A stretch of DNA of 63,935 nucleotides, the filler included, from Myxococcota bacterium (lineage in GTDB: Bacteria; Myxococcota_C; UBA6777): NCBI GenBank assembly GCA_023150835.1. It is 3 parts of 3 records of this genome, joined end to end, with 100 filler letters (N's around TTAATTAATTAA, not from the genome) between each part and the next. Parts side by side here need not be neighbours in the genome. Positions count along the whole stretch, not along the records: positions 1 to 25,372 come from JAKLKB010000101.1; 2 more parts are not named here. One strand, given 5' to 3'. Below the pieces are notes generated by a model. That model was not told where the DNA came from, ran no database searches, and saw only the letters and a list, made by a program, of their open reading frames with translations. Made by a program: the position numbers and the translations under genes. Of the stretch, positions 1-10,463 are shown one piece after another (the stretch's first letter is position 1; every line of letters begins with the position of its first letter).

Positions 1-137
1 GTATTTTCCGTATTTTCCGTATTTTCCGTATTTTCCGTATTTTCCGTATTTTCCGTATTTTCCGTATTTTCCGTATTTTCCGTATTTTCCGTATTTTCCC
101 TATTTTCCCTATTTTCCGTGCTTTCCGTGCTTTCCGT
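1..137. repeat. 9-bp tandem repeat (GTATTTTCC)n at the contig start, decaying into variants
   Basis: About 11 perfect GTATTTTCC copies, then variants. Followed by a ~47 bp direct duplication (131-176 and 178-224). Confidence 0.95.
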
Positions 138-459
138 GGACTCTTCTTTGCGGCATCCTCTGCCTATTTCGCGTTTCTTTCCGTGGACTCTTCTTTGCGG
201 CATCCTCTGCCTATTTCGCGTTTTATGCCCCTGCAAGGCGGGGCTAGGGGTGTGAGGGGTATCACGATCAAGCTCCTATTATTCGAGGATTTCGCCTTAT
301 CTTGACGCGTACGGAGCAACGCCTCACAAACGCGATTCAACAAACCCTCCAAACAACATCAAGACGTCGTGCAGCGCGAACAAAAACCTGCGACTTGACC
401 CGCATGGCTTGGATCGCGTATCTCCTTTGTTGGACGTTCGTTTTGTTTAGGAGAGCGAG

Positions 460-2514
460 ATGATCAAGCGTGTGTGGAGTGCGTATGTGGGGGCTTTTTT
501 GGGGGTGGTGTTGTTTTGGGGAATGGCGTGTGAGTCCCCCGAACCAAAGAAAGAAGATCCGAAGCCGATCGATCCGAATACACGGGGGTTATTGCAGATC
601 TGCCCGGGAGCCAAAGGTTGTTTGCGTTCGGAGGGTGCGTTAAAAGCGAGTGCGGTCGCGGTGAAGATATCCCCAGAGAATTATGAGATCGCACGGTGGT
701 CATATTTCCAAGAGCGAGACTTTTGTCCCGAGCCTGTGGTGAAAGATCGATTTGGCATCAAGCGGTGCCAGCAGTTGAAGCGGGGGGCGATGGACAGCCG
801 TAAAGACTGCGGACACGACGGGCTTTGTGCAGGTGACAATTGGAAAACAGAGGCGACGTGTAGCAGCACACAAGCCTGTCCAGCGGGGCTGGTGTGCCGA
901 GAGCAAGAAGGGCGATGTTACGCCGAATACAGCAAGCCAGACGAAGACGGTTCGGAAGGCGACGGTCAACCCGATTGGTTTGTCGACTGCGGGCGTGATG
1001 GGGTGTGTCCGTGCATCGATCTCCAAGGCCAACCCGCATACTTTGGGGCGGATAAAAAAACTTGCTTGAAGGGACACAAAGCCAATCCCGATTACAAGGG
1101 TGCTGATGCCGATGGAAGCGAAGGGAACGGAGAATTTGAGGGGATCTGGATGGGCGGGTTCCAAAGCAACCACCCCTTGCAAGGCGTGCATGACGATATC
1201 TGGGCGCGGGTGGTGGTATTGCAAACAGGCGAAACGACCGTTGCGATCGTCTCTTTGGATCTTGTTGGGTTCTTTTATGACGGAGTCAAGGCCATCCGCA
1301 AACGTGTCCAAGAAGCACTTGGCGAAGGGGCGATCGACTACATCTTGATCTCTTCGACGCACAACCACGAAGGCCCCGATACGATGGGGAATTGGGGTCC
1401 GGGAACGTCGATACCTGTACGGTCGGGGGTTGTAGCATTTTACTATGAGCAGGTTTTACAGAAGACAAGCCAAGCGATCCAACAAGCTTATACACAGCTT
1501 GCCCCTGCCAAGATGCGCGTTGCGCAGTTGCGAACGGGTGTGGATGGACTCAACAACGATATCCGCGATCCCTTTATCATCGACGATACGATGACCGTCG
1601 CGCAATGGACCGCCACCGAAAACAACAAGCCGATCGCAACGCTGGTGAATTGGGGCAGCCATCCCGAAGTGCTGTTTTTGTCGAACAACTACCTAACTTC
1701 GGACTTTCCGCATTATCTGCGCGAGGGTTTGGAGCAAGGTGTTTTTGGGGCCGGCAAGAAGGCGCTTTCACCCGCACAAGGCGGTGTCGCGGTGTATCTG
1801 CAAGCCGCCGTGGGTGGGCTGATGACGCCCTTGGGTGTAGAAGTTCCCGATCTAGACGGTACGTTGCGCAAACAAGACGATTGGGACAAAGCTCGGGCCT
1901 TGGGGTCTCGTCTGGCGATCAAAACGACGGAAGCTCTAAAGCAAGCAGCGCCTGTGGAGACAGCAAGCATCCGATTGTGGTCGCGTGAGGTGCGCTTGCC
2001 CGTGGACAATACGGTGTTTTTGCTGGCCTTTGCGGGCGGATTGATCCAGCGAGAGATCTACGACTACGACAAATCCAAGTCGATCGGGCCGAACAATCCG
2101 GGGAAAGTGCAAACGGAGATCGCCGTGATTCGGATCGGCGGATTGAGTTTTTATTCGATGCCGGGCGAAGTCGATCCCGAACTCTTGGTGGGTGGTTTTG
2201 ATGGAGCGTACAGTTTTGGAAAGCCGTTGGTGGGGTCCAAGAACGAAAATCCCCCGAATCTCTCGAAAGCTCCCAAAGGCCCCTTCTTGAAAGAAAAGAT
2301 CCCGGGGGAGTACAAGATCATGGTTGGGCTGGGCAACGATGCGCTCGGATACATCTTGGGAGAATGGAACTTTGTGTTGGCCGACTCGCCCTACTTCAAC
2401 GGCGCAAAGGGCGATCATTACGAAGAAACCAACTCGTTGGGACCGAAGACAGCACCGTTGCTGTTGGAAGCCTACGATGCGCTGCTCAAGGAAGTGGAGC
2501 GCAAAGATCCTTAA
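460..2514 (+). CDS. Lipoprotein with neutral/alkaline ceramidase-like domain and Cys-rich insert
   Basis: AGGAG RBS, lipobox-like WGMAC, motifs HDDIWARVVVL, SSTHNHEGPD, NWGSHPE and PGE typical of the neutral ceramidase-like family. Confidence 0.75.
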   Translation: MIKRVWSAYVGAFLGVVLFWGMACESPEPKKEDPKPIDPNTRGLLQICPGAKGCLRSEGALKASAVAVKISPENYEIARWSYFQERDFCPEPVVKDRFGIKRCQQLKRGAMDSRKDCGHDGLCAGDNWKTEATCSSTQACPAGLVCREQEGRCYAEYSKPDEDGSEGDGQPDWFVDCGRDGVCPCIDLQGQPAYFGADKKTCLKGHKANPDYKGADADGSEGNGEFEGIWMGGFQSNHPLQGVHDDIWARVVVLQTGETTVAIVSLDLVGFFYDGVKAIRKRVQEALGEGAIDYILISSTHNHEGPDTMGNWGPGTSIPVRSGVVAFYYEQVLQKTSQAIQQAYTQLAPAKMRVAQLRTGVDGLNNDIRDPFIIDDTMTVAQWTATENNKPIATLVNWGSHPEVLFLSNNYLTSDFPHYLREGLEQGVFGAGKKALSPAQGGVAVYLQAAVGGLMTPLGVEVPDLDGTLRKQDDWDKARALGSRLAIKTTEALKQAAPVETASIRLWSREVRLPVDNTVFLLAFAGGLIQREIYDYDKSKSIGPNNPGKVQTEIAVIRIGGLSFYSMPGEVDPELLVGGFDGAYSFGKPLVGSKNENPPNLSKAPKGPFLKEKIPGEYKIMVGLGNDALGYILGEWNFVLADSPYFNGAKGDHYEETNSLGPKTAPLLLEAYDALLKEVERKDP

Positions 2515-2651
2515 AGACGGGAGAGAGCGATGCCGGAGTTATCGGGTTTTGTAGATATCCGAGTGGAGCCGATGGATGTGATCTTGTGTGTGACGTTGGA
2601 GCGCAAAGAGGCGCGAAATGCGTAGATAACGTTTGTCCACCCGTCGCCCGA

Positions 2652-5600
2652 TTAACGCTTGCGCTTTTTACCTTTTTTGCCTTTTTTGCCTTTTTTGGGA
2701 TCTTTTTCTTTGTTGGCAGCTTCTTCACGTGCGCGGGCCTGCATTTTGTCCCACGTTTTTTCGAGACCTTCTTTTTCGACCGTTTCGGCGTCGCCTTTGA
2801 ATTGTTCAGCGGTTTCTTTGAGGCCCTCAAATTCCGCAAGGGCTTCGCTGTACATCTTGAGCGTGCGAACAACGGTCTCGATGGTTTCGGGTTTTGGCTT
2901 GTGTTTTTCAGCGTCTGCGACTTTACCCTGCGCCATGAATTGGGCTTTTTCCGCTTGGAACTTCACGACTTCTTGTCGGATCAACATCGCTGCTTTTTGT
3001 TTGAAGGTGTTTGTGGCGCGTTCGATGCCGTCGCTTTCCTCTTTTTCGCCTTTGATGATGGTTTCAGCGAGCAGTTTCGAGGTTTTCTTGGCGTTGTCGT
3101 AATCAAGATCGCGCAAATAACCAGAGATCGCGACGTCGAAGTGACCTTGTGCATCGGCCCATCGTTGGTTGGAGTGCCAGAGGGAGCCAACCCAAAAGCG
3201 CGGTTCTGCCGAACCCGGGCGCGTTTGCATGGCTTGTTCGATGAACGCTCCAGCATCTTCGTCGAGCGCCTCGAGGATATTGGCCATCTGTAGGTTGATG
3301 ATCTTTTTCTTGGGCATATTTTCGGCTTTGAGGTCTTTTTGAAATTCTTCGTACGTTGCAACGTCCTCTTCGGAGGCTTTGAGGCCGTCTTGGTATTCTT
3401 TGATGCGCTCTTTGACTTTTTTCTCGATCCCCGGATTGCGCGGGGTTTTGGCCGCTTCGTCTTTGAGGCGCTTTTCCCATTTTTCGATGAGTTGTTTCCA
3501 GTCATCGTTGCGCTTTTTAAACTTTTCGCGAAGTTTTTTGTCGTAAAGCTTGATGTATCCGAGAACAAGGGGAAAATCTTCTTTTTCGAGGGGATAGACT
3601 TTCTCTTCTTTTTTGCCCTTCTTTTCGGTGGTGGGCCGAAGTTTTTTTGCGCGTTTTAGGCGAAGAATACCACGAGCAAGGTTGGCTTCGTAATGTTCGT
3701 AGTCTTTTTCGAGTGCTTTGCCCCAGAGTTCATCGGCTTTTTCGACATCGCCTTTTTTCTCTGAGAGTTCGCCGCTGAGATAGAAAAAGGCATCCTGTTC
3801 GCCGAAGTTCTGTTTGATCTTTCCAAGGAGTTCTTCGACTTTATCGGCCTTGGTGGGTTTTCCGTTTGCGTCCAAGGCTTCGAGCATACTGAGAACGCCA
3901 TCGTAATAGATCTGCAAGACATAAGGTTCGAGGCCAAGGGCTTTTTGGAAGTTGGTCCATGCTTCATCAAATTTCTTTTGGCGGGCCAAGATCATGGCTT
4001 GTAGGCCAAAGAAATAGCCTTCGTAGTTGGCGATCTTGAGTGCTTTTTCGATGGAGGCTTGTGCTTTGGTCAGATCATTTTGGTGCCAGTACATCTTGGC
4101 TTCGAGATAGTGGAGCCATGCCTCGTTGTGAGGGGAGAGATCGCCGTCTTTTTTGACGGTTTCAGCCAGTTTGAGGGTATCACGAACCATTTGAAACGCA
4201 GCGGACATACCGACGCCTGCATCGAAAACGGCGAGAGCATCGCCGATATCAGCCATGAGATAGTGATTGTGTGCGGCGTAAAACGTTTGCAGGGCGGGGT
4301 GGAAGGAGCATTTGGGGACCGTGACGGCTTCGAGTGCGGCGTTGGCGGCATCTTGGAGCAGATCAAGCGTGGTCAGTTCGAGTCCGCGAGGTGCGCTGTT
4401 TCCGAGAAGAGAGGGAGGATTGATCCAACAATAAGCATTTTTCTGCTTGCTGCGATCCGCGAGTTCGCCTTGGACGTTGCCTGCATTTTGCTGTCCTTGT
4501 TCGGAGGCACTTTTGAATTGGCCATGTGCATCTTGGAATTTGCGGGAGCGGAGGTAGCTGTAGGCATAGCGATAACGGAAGTAAGGGTTATTCCATCCGA
4601 TCTCAGCGGCACGCTTGAAGTTTGCGCGGGCGAGACGATCTTGGCGGAGACCTTCGGCGACAAGACCGTGAACCCAGTTGAGGCGGGGATGGATGGCGAC
4701 TTCGGGAACCCACTTGTTGATGTAATCATTGGCATTTTTCAGGTCTTTGTCGGCCTCGTCAAACTTGCCATCGAGTTGCTTTTTGCGTGCGCTGTCGTAG
4801 GCGACCAAGGCGCGAAGGGCATGGTAAGGAGCGAGTTGATCGAGGAGGTCACGAGAACCAGAGGCTTGGAGTTTGGTAAAGTAATCGCGAAAGCCTTGAT
4901 AGTAGGCGTCGGTGCGCTCGTGTTGATCCCAGATGCTGTAATGGACTTCTGTGAGGTGCATCAGGGCGAAGGGATGGACAGGATCGAGCGTTTCGAGAAC
5001 TTTTTTGTAGACGGGGATGGCTTTTTTGAGATTGCTGTACGCGGCTGTGGCTTGTTGGGTACGGGCAAGGATCACAAGAGCGCGGATCTTCTTTTCATGG
5101 ATGGCGTTTTGGGCATAAAGCCAAACGCCAGAAAAGATCACAAGAAAAAAGATCGAGGCATCACGGACGGTTTTGAAGATCGAGTCGGTTTGAGGGACGG
5201 GAACCCCGAGTTCGGTGTTGATATAGAAAGGTCCATATTCGTCTTGGATCTCGATATCTTCGCCGAGGCTTTTGAGCAGCATGCGTGCGTGGGGATGGTG
5301 TGGGTTCAGTTGATGTGCTTTTTTGAGCGCATCTTTGGCCCCTTGAAGGTCGTCTTGTTCGACGAGGATATCACCGCGCAAGGAGTGAGCTTCCCAGTTG
5401 TTGGGTTCTTTGTTGAGCAGATCGTCGACTTCGTGGAGGGCTTTTTTGAGCAACGCGGTTTTGGGTGCTTTGAAGTCGGCGGAGGCATCGAAGAAGGCGC
5501 GTGCGAGGAGGAGGCGGCCTTTTGGGTGCTCGTTGTTTTTGAGGCCCTTTTGGCAGACACGGATGGCCTCTTGTGGAAATCCGCGTCGGATGTAGGCTTC

Positions 5601-5699
5601 TGCGAGGGGCAAGAAGACTTCGGGAGAAGCATCGTTGCGAAGAAGCTGCTCAAGCTCTTCGACATCTTTTTGCAGGGTTGCTGCCAGTTGATCGGCCAT
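2652..5699 (-). CDS. Large TPR-repeat membrane-anchored protein
   Basis: GGAGG RBS before ATG 5699, many TPR-like helical repeats, one TM segment (IFFLVIFSGVWLY), Lys-rich tail. Confidence 0.8.
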   Translation of the reverse strand: MADQLAATLQKDVEELEQLLRNDASPEVFLPLAEAYIRRGFPQEAIRVCQKGLKNNEHPKGRLLLARAFFDASADFKAPKTALLKKALHEVDDLLNKEPNNWEAHSLRGDILVEQDDLQGAKDALKKAHQLNPHHPHARMLLKSLGEDIEIQDEYGPFYINTELGVPVPQTDSIFKTVRDASIFFLVIFSGVWLYAQNAIHEKKIRALVILARTQQATAAYSNLKKAIPVYKKVLETLDPVHPFALMHLTEVHYSIWDQHERTDAYYQGFRDYFTKLQASGSRDLLDQLAPYHALRALVAYDSARKKQLDGKFDEADKDLKNANDYINKWVPEVAIHPRLNWVHGLVAEGLRQDRLARANFKRAAEIGWNNPYFRYRYAYSYLRSRKFQDAHGQFKSASEQGQQNAGNVQGELADRSKQKNAYCWINPPSLLGNSAPRGLELTTLDLLQDAANAALEAVTVPKCSFHPALQTFYAAHNHYLMADIGDALAVFDAGVGMSAAFQMVRDTLKLAETVKKDGDLSPHNEAWLHYLEAKMYWHQNDLTKAQASIEKALKIANYEGYFFGLQAMILARQKKFDEAWTNFQKALGLEPYVLQIYYDGVLSMLEALDANGKPTKADKVEELLGKIKQNFGEQDAFFYLSGELSEKKGDVEKADELWGKALEKDYEHYEANLARGILRLKRAKKLRPTTEKKGKKEEKVYPLEKEDFPLVLGYIKLYDKKLREKFKKRNDDWKQLIEKWEKRLKDEAAKTPRNPGIEKKVKERIKEYQDGLKASEEDVATYEEFQKDLKAENMPKKKIINLQMANILEALDEDAGAFIEQAMQTRPGSAEPRFWVGSLWHSNQRWADAQGHFDVAISGYLRDLDYDNAKKTSKLLAETIIKGEKEESDGIERATNTFKQKAAMLIRQEVVKFQAEKAQFMAQGKVADAEKHKPKPETIETVVRTLKMYSEALAEFEGLKETAEQFKGDAETVEKEGLEKTWDKMQARAREEAANKEKDPKKGKKGKKGKKRKR

Positions 5700-6149
5700 A
5701 CTTCGGATTCCTCCAATTGGGCGCTGAGGGGGTATGGATGGAAATGAACCCCCCACCCGTATCGATAAGGCGTTTGAAAAGCGGCAAAACAAAGATCAAG
5801 AAAAACACAAAAAACGTAAAACTTTCAAATAGATAACCGTTCTACTCAAAAAGAAGTATCCCAACCGTATAGCGAAGATCGATCCCGATGTCAACTCCGA
5901 TGCAAACCGTCAAGCACGCGGCATACGCAGGACGATGGTCGGTTGAAGAGAGAGCGAGCGGCGAGGCGCTTACAGGGATGGGGAGGATCGAAATAGAGCA
6001 TTGCAGTGAGCAAGCGAGTCGGATCGTGGTTATGGCTTGACCTTGTGTGGTTTTCTCCTTAACACAAGGGGGCAAAGAGATCGAAGAAGCGGCTTGATAA
6101 CGGCTTTGGGCCATGACGAGTCGCGGTCCAAGCGGAAAGGGCGGAAGGA

Positions 6150-7280
6150 ATGGTGCGTTGGAACGGATGGAAAGTGTTGTTGTTGTGGAGCGTTTGGTGT
6201 TTGGGGGGAGCGCGAGCATGGTCTGAAGAGATCGTGATCGAAAAGATCGTTGCGGTGGTCAACAACGATATCGTGTTGTTGTCGGAGTGGGAACAGCGTT
6301 TTGCTTTGGTGCGCGTGCAATTGCAACAGATCATCGATCCTGTGGAACGCAAAAAGAAAGAAGAATCGATGCGTTGGGAGCTTTTGGAGCGGATGATCGA
6401 AGACAAGCTGCTCAACCAAGAAGCCAAAGCCAAACAGATCGAAGTGACCGACGCGGATATCGAAGGGGCGATCAAGCGGACACGCGAACAAAACGGCAAC
6501 ATCCCCGAAGCGGAGTTTGCAGCGGAATTGAAGAAGCGCGGTTATTCGATGGATGCGTACAAGGCGATGATGCGGGGAGAGATCAGCAAGTTTCGTTTGT
6601 TGCAACAAACGATGGCCTCCAAGATCCGCATCACCAAAGAAGACGAGTATGCTTTTTACAAGAAGATGACGCACAAGGAAAAGCCGGGTCCACCCGAATA
6701 CAAGCTTCGCCATATCGTCTTTGTGTTGGATGAAAAGCCGAGCGCCGAGCAGATCAAGTCACAGCGCGAAAAAGCCGAAAACGTGCTGTTGTTGGCGAAA
6801 CAAACGCCCAAAAACTTTGCGGCATTGGCGCGTCGTTTTTCGCAAGCAGGCCAAGACGAGGGCGGAGATCTGGGGTACGTGAAGATGAGCGAGATCGACC
6901 CAGTACTTGGGCGTGCGATGAGTACGATGAGAGAAGGCAGCGTCCACCCGAAGATTTTACAAACGAGCATGGGGTTTCATGTGCTGTACTTAGAACATCT
7001 GCGTGTGGCGAATGTGTTGAGTTTCAAAGAAGCTCGCCCCGAGATCAGCAAGCGGCTGCAACAAGAAGCTTATGAGAACATGTACAAGAAATACATTACA
7101 CAACTGCGTAAAAAAGCGGTGATCGAGATCAGGGCCAAAGGGAAAGAGACGGAAAAGAAAGTATTTAAATCGACGTTTGGGCCGATCGATCCAAGCGGAG
7201 GGCCGAAAGAAGAGAAGAAGAAAAAGCGCAAAGAAGGCCGAGGGGGCCGAGGGGGCCGAGGCGGAGGTTTTCCGCGATGA
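6150..7280 (+). CDS. surA: SurA-like periplasmic chaperone / parvulin-type PPIase
   Basis: Signal peptide, SurA N-terminal IVAVVNNDIVLLSE, rotamase motifs LRHI, FAALARRFS, GGDLG, GFHVL; adjacent to pdxA. Confidence 0.85.
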   Translation: MVRWNGWKVLLLWSVWCLGGARAWSEEIVIEKIVAVVNNDIVLLSEWEQRFALVRVQLQQIIDPVERKKKEESMRWELLERMIEDKLLNQEAKAKQIEVTDADIEGAIKRTREQNGNIPEAEFAAELKKRGYSMDAYKAMMRGEISKFRLLQQTMASKIRITKEDEYAFYKKMTHKEKPGPPEYKLRHIVFVLDEKPSAEQIKSQREKAENVLLLAKQTPKNFAALARRFSQAGQDEGGDLGYVKMSEIDPVLGRAMSTMREGSVHPKILQTSMGFHVLYLEHLRVANVLSFKEARPEISKRLQQEAYENMYKKYITQLRKKAVIEIRAKGKETEKKVFKSTFGPIDPSGGPKEEKKKKRKEGRGGRGGRGGGFPR

Positions 7281-8437
7281 CAGCGTATCGGGTGGGTATC
7301 ACGATGGGCGATCCAGCGGGCGTGGGGGGAGAGGTGCTTGTTCATGGGCTCCACACCTTGCTTCGGTGTATCGAGGTCGGAGAACTGCCTGCTTCGGCGC
7401 TGGCGATCCGAGGAGATGGAAAAGACCGTCGTTCCGATGGTTCCGAGCGTTCGGATCGAGCGATCAGCACGAACAAAGGCAGCGCAGGAAAAAACGATAT
7501 AGCGAGCGGAGGGTCGAGGGAACGCAGCGAGGCACAGTGCGCGAAGCTGCGTTCGGTCCGATGGCGGATCTACGGGGATCGCCGACGGTTGGAGCAGATC
7601 GCAGAGAAGGCGGGGTTGGCAGCGTTGCAGCGGTGGCGGAACGTGGAGGTGATTGAAACAGAGACAGAGGGCGAGGCCTTTGGTTGGGGCGGATTGACGG
7701 AAGTGGGAGCGAGGGCACAGGTCTCATACATCGAGCAGGCGTTGGCGGAGAGAAAAGCGGGAAAAGTGCAATCGTTGGTGACGGGGCCGATCCACAAACA
7801 AGCGTTGGCGTGGATGGGCGTGGGACACGTTGGGCATACCGAGTGGTTGGCGAAAGACGCGGGCGTGTCGATGCCTGTGATGATGTTGGCAGGACCGCGA
7901 TTGCGCGTCGTTCCCGCGACCATTCATATCGCTTTGCGTGAGGTGATCGAAGCCTTGACACCGCGATATCTGCGCGAGGTGATCGAGACCACGTCGACGG
8001 GGATGCAGCGTTGGCTTGGGTTTGATCGACCGCGTTTGGGCGTATGTGGCCTGAATCCTCACGCTGGAGACGGCGGATTGATGGGCGAAGAGGAGCAGCG
8101 TTGGATGATCCCATTGTTGCGGGAGATGGCCCAACAAGAGCAGATGGCGTTGGTGGGTCCGCTTCCTGCGGACACGGCCTTCTATTTTGCTTCAAAAGGC
8201 GGATACGACGCCGTGATCGCGATGTACCACGATCAGGCTCTCGCCCCGTTGAAGGTGCTGCACTTTGAGGAAGCGATCAACCTAACGCTGGGACTTCCGT
8301 ACTTACGGACTTCTGTGGATCACGGGACGGCGTATGATATCGCAGGCAGCGGCAAGGCCAGCGCACAAAGTATGCTGCATGCGTTAGTGATCGCGGGGCT
8401 TTCTGTGTCGCTTGCTTTTTCGGACGAACAGCATTAA
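7277..8437 (+). CDS. pdxA: 4-hydroxythreonine-4-phosphate dehydrogenase PdxA
   Basis: ITMGDPAGVGGE, TGPIHK, GHTE, GLNPHAG, GPLPADT, MYHDQ, RTSVDHGTAYDIAG; ATGA overlap with surA. Confidence 0.95.
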   Translation: MTAYRVGITMGDPAGVGGEVLVHGLHTLLRCIEVGELPASALAIRGDGKDRRSDGSERSDRAISTNKGSAGKNDIASGGSRERSEAQCAKLRSVRWRIYGDRRRLEQIAEKAGLAALQRWRNVEVIETETEGEAFGWGGLTEVGARAQVSYIEQALAERKAGKVQSLVTGPIHKQALAWMGVGHVGHTEWLAKDAGVSMPVMMLAGPRLRVVPATIHIALREVIEALTPRYLREVIETTSTGMQRWLGFDRPRLGVCGLNPHAGDGGLMGEEEQRWMIPLLREMAQQEQMALVGPLPADTAFYFASKGGYDAVIAMYHDQALAPLKVLHFEEAINLTLGLPYLRTSVDHGTAYDIAGSGKASAQSMLHALVIAGLSVSLAFSDEQH

Positions 8438-8504
8438 CACAAGGGGCGTTTGGAGGGGGCCGTATCGCTCCCTCAGATGGACGGTTGCGGAAGGAGGCGA
8501 GTCG

Positions 8505-9155
8505 ATGCCATCGGTATATTACAGTCGCTTTTTGGGCGATGGTTGGAGCGCTTGGGAAGGAGGGCATTTCTTGCCTCCCATGCCAACGGAGTTTGATCAA
8601 GACGCAGAGGTATCGTTGGCCTCACGCGACGGCGAAGATCGTTGCTACGTCTATTCGCCCGAACGAGAAGAAGTCAAGTGGTGTGTCTGGAAAGGGGATC
8701 GTTGGAGTGAGTGGTTGGGAACAGCGCATCTTTCGCCTCCTCCGAACTACATCGTAGACGAACAAGAGGCTTTTTTTTCGGTGTCCAGCCATCGGCTTGG
8801 TGAATGGGTGATCGCGTACAATCCAGCGGATGGTCGAGTGTATTGGAGCCCTTGGACGGGCCGAGGTTATGGGCCTTGGGAGGGTCCGAATATCCTGCAA
8901 GAAGAGCCGCCTAACCTCAACGAGTCGGCGGATGTTTTTGCGGCGGGGGATGGGAAAACCGAGTGGTTGGTTTGCGTCAATACGGACGACTGGAGCGTTT
9001 ATTACGCGAGCCTTGAAGAAGACGGATACAGCGAGTGGAAAGAAGCACCTGCTTTACCCGTACCCGAAGAATGGGTCGAGATGGGCCTCGACTTGGATGG
9101 GGACGGTCGCAGTGGCACCTTCTGGGTGTATGCGACGGTGTACAACGACGAATAA
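8505..9155 (+). CDS. Hypothetical Trp-rich repeat protein (beta-propeller/lectin-like)
   Basis: AAGGAGG RBS; four ~55 aa repeats with a V-[YK]-[YW]-x6-[WY]-[SG]-x-W core. Confidence 0.65.
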   Translation: MPSVYYSRFLGDGWSAWEGGHFLPPMPTEFDQDAEVSLASRDGEDRCYVYSPEREEVKWCVWKGDRWSEWLGTAHLSPPPNYIVDEQEAFFSVSSHRLGEWVIAYNPADGRVYWSPWTGRGYGPWEGPNILQEEPPNLNESADVFAAGDGKTEWLVCVNTDDWSVYYASLEEDGYSEWKEAPALPVPEEWVEMGLDLDGDGRSGTFWVYATVYNDE

Positions 9156-9341
9156 CGAGACCCGCCATAGACCTCGATTTGCCCGCATCCATTCAAGCGC
9201 TCGCATCACACGACGACAAAGAAGCTTGCCCGCCGTGCGCAACAACGAATAAGCTTGCCGGAACATACCAAGGCAGACAGGTTTGTGTAGAGTTCGAGAG
9301 ATGTTTTTGTTTAGGACGTTTATGCGCAAAGGTTAAGTCGG

Positions 9342-10388
9342 ATGGATCGGAAGAAGTGGTTGTCTTTGGGGGTAGGGTTTTTGGTGACGTTGTTGTGTGT
9401 GGGTTGGCTGGCCTACGAAGTGGAGTGGCAAAAGCTGCAAATCCAGATGGCACGGGTCGATTGGCGCTGGTGTGTGTTGGCGGTGGGGTTGTATCTGTCG
9501 GGCCATCTGTTCCGAGGGATCCGTTGTGCTTGGATCTTGCGGCCTCACAAACAGATCCCGTGGTTTGAGGCCACGCAAGTCGTGTGGATCGGTTATGCGA
9601 CCAACAATGTGCTTCCTGCGCGGCTTGGGGAGTTGGTGCGTGCGTATGTGCTGGCGCGTCGAGAGAAACTCTCCAAAGGCTTGGCTATTTCGACCTTGTT
9701 GGTGGAGCGGATCTTGGATGGCTTGGCGATCGTAGGGATCTTGGTGGTCACGGCCTTTTGGGCTCCGACCGATCCATGGATTCGGCGTATCGGGTGGTTT
9801 GCGGGCGTGTTGTTTGTGGGGGCGATGAGCGTGATGCTGATGGCGCGCTTGGCGCGAGGAATGTTTGAGCGATGGTTGGCATGGGGAGCAGCGCATCTTC
9901 CCCATGCGATCGGCGAAAAAGCGGAGGGCTTCGGCCATCGCTTGTTGGATGGGACGGCTTGCTTGCGCGGTGATCGCTACATGGTGGGTGTGCTGTGGTT
10001 GAGTGTGCTGATCTGGTTGGTTGAAGGAGCGATGTTTTTTGTGCTGCTACCGGCCTTTGGTCTGCCGATGTCGTTGATGACCGCCTATCTTGCGATGTCG
10101 ATCACCAACTTGGGGGTCTTGCTGCCCTCAACCCCCGGGCATGTGGGAACGTTTCACTTTTGCTGTACAAAAGCGTTGTTGTTGGCAGGCGCGATCACGG
10201 TGTCCAATCAATCGGTTGGAGTGGGGTATGCGCTGGTGCTACACGCGCTACAATACATCCCCGTCACACTCATCGGGTTTTGGTCGCTCTACCACTACGG
10301 GTTTAATTTGCGCACGATCTGGCACGTAGAGGACTCCTCTTCCAACGCAACACCCGCCACTTCGCCCTCCTCCAGTATCGCCCGATGA
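9342..10388 (+). CDS. Lysylphosphatidylglycerol synthase TM-domain (flippase-like) protein
   Basis: NNVLPARLGELVR, LLVERILD and PSTPGHVGTFH motifs; multiple TM helices. Confidence 0.9.
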   Translation: MDRKKWLSLGVGFLVTLLCVGWLAYEVEWQKLQIQMARVDWRWCVLAVGLYLSGHLFRGIRCAWILRPHKQIPWFEATQVVWIGYATNNVLPARLGELVRAYVLARREKLSKGLAISTLLVERILDGLAIVGILVVTAFWAPTDPWIRRIGWFAGVLFVGAMSVMLMARLARGMFERWLAWGAAHLPHAIGEKAEGFGHRLLDGTACLRGDRYMVGVLWLSVLIWLVEGAMFFVLLPAFGLPMSLMTAYLAMSITNLGVLLPSTPGHVGTFHFCCTKALLLAGAITVSNQSVGVGYALVLHALQYIPVTLIGFWSLYHYGFNLRTIWHVEDSSSNATPATSPSSSIAR

Positions 10389-10463
10389 TCTTGATTCTCC
10401 AAACCGCGAAGGGACGGACATCTGCGCATCATGGTTTTTCGACAACGCAAGTTCCGCGTGTCA

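Noticed and set aside
1-137. 9-bp repeat as a telomere, CRISPR array or iteron
   Set aside because: No spacers and no rep gene nearby; a simple tandem repeat that probably broke the assembly
4059-5747. 562 aa plus-strand ORF (and 15293-16699)
   Set aside because: Antisense to the well-supported TPR and CAP genes
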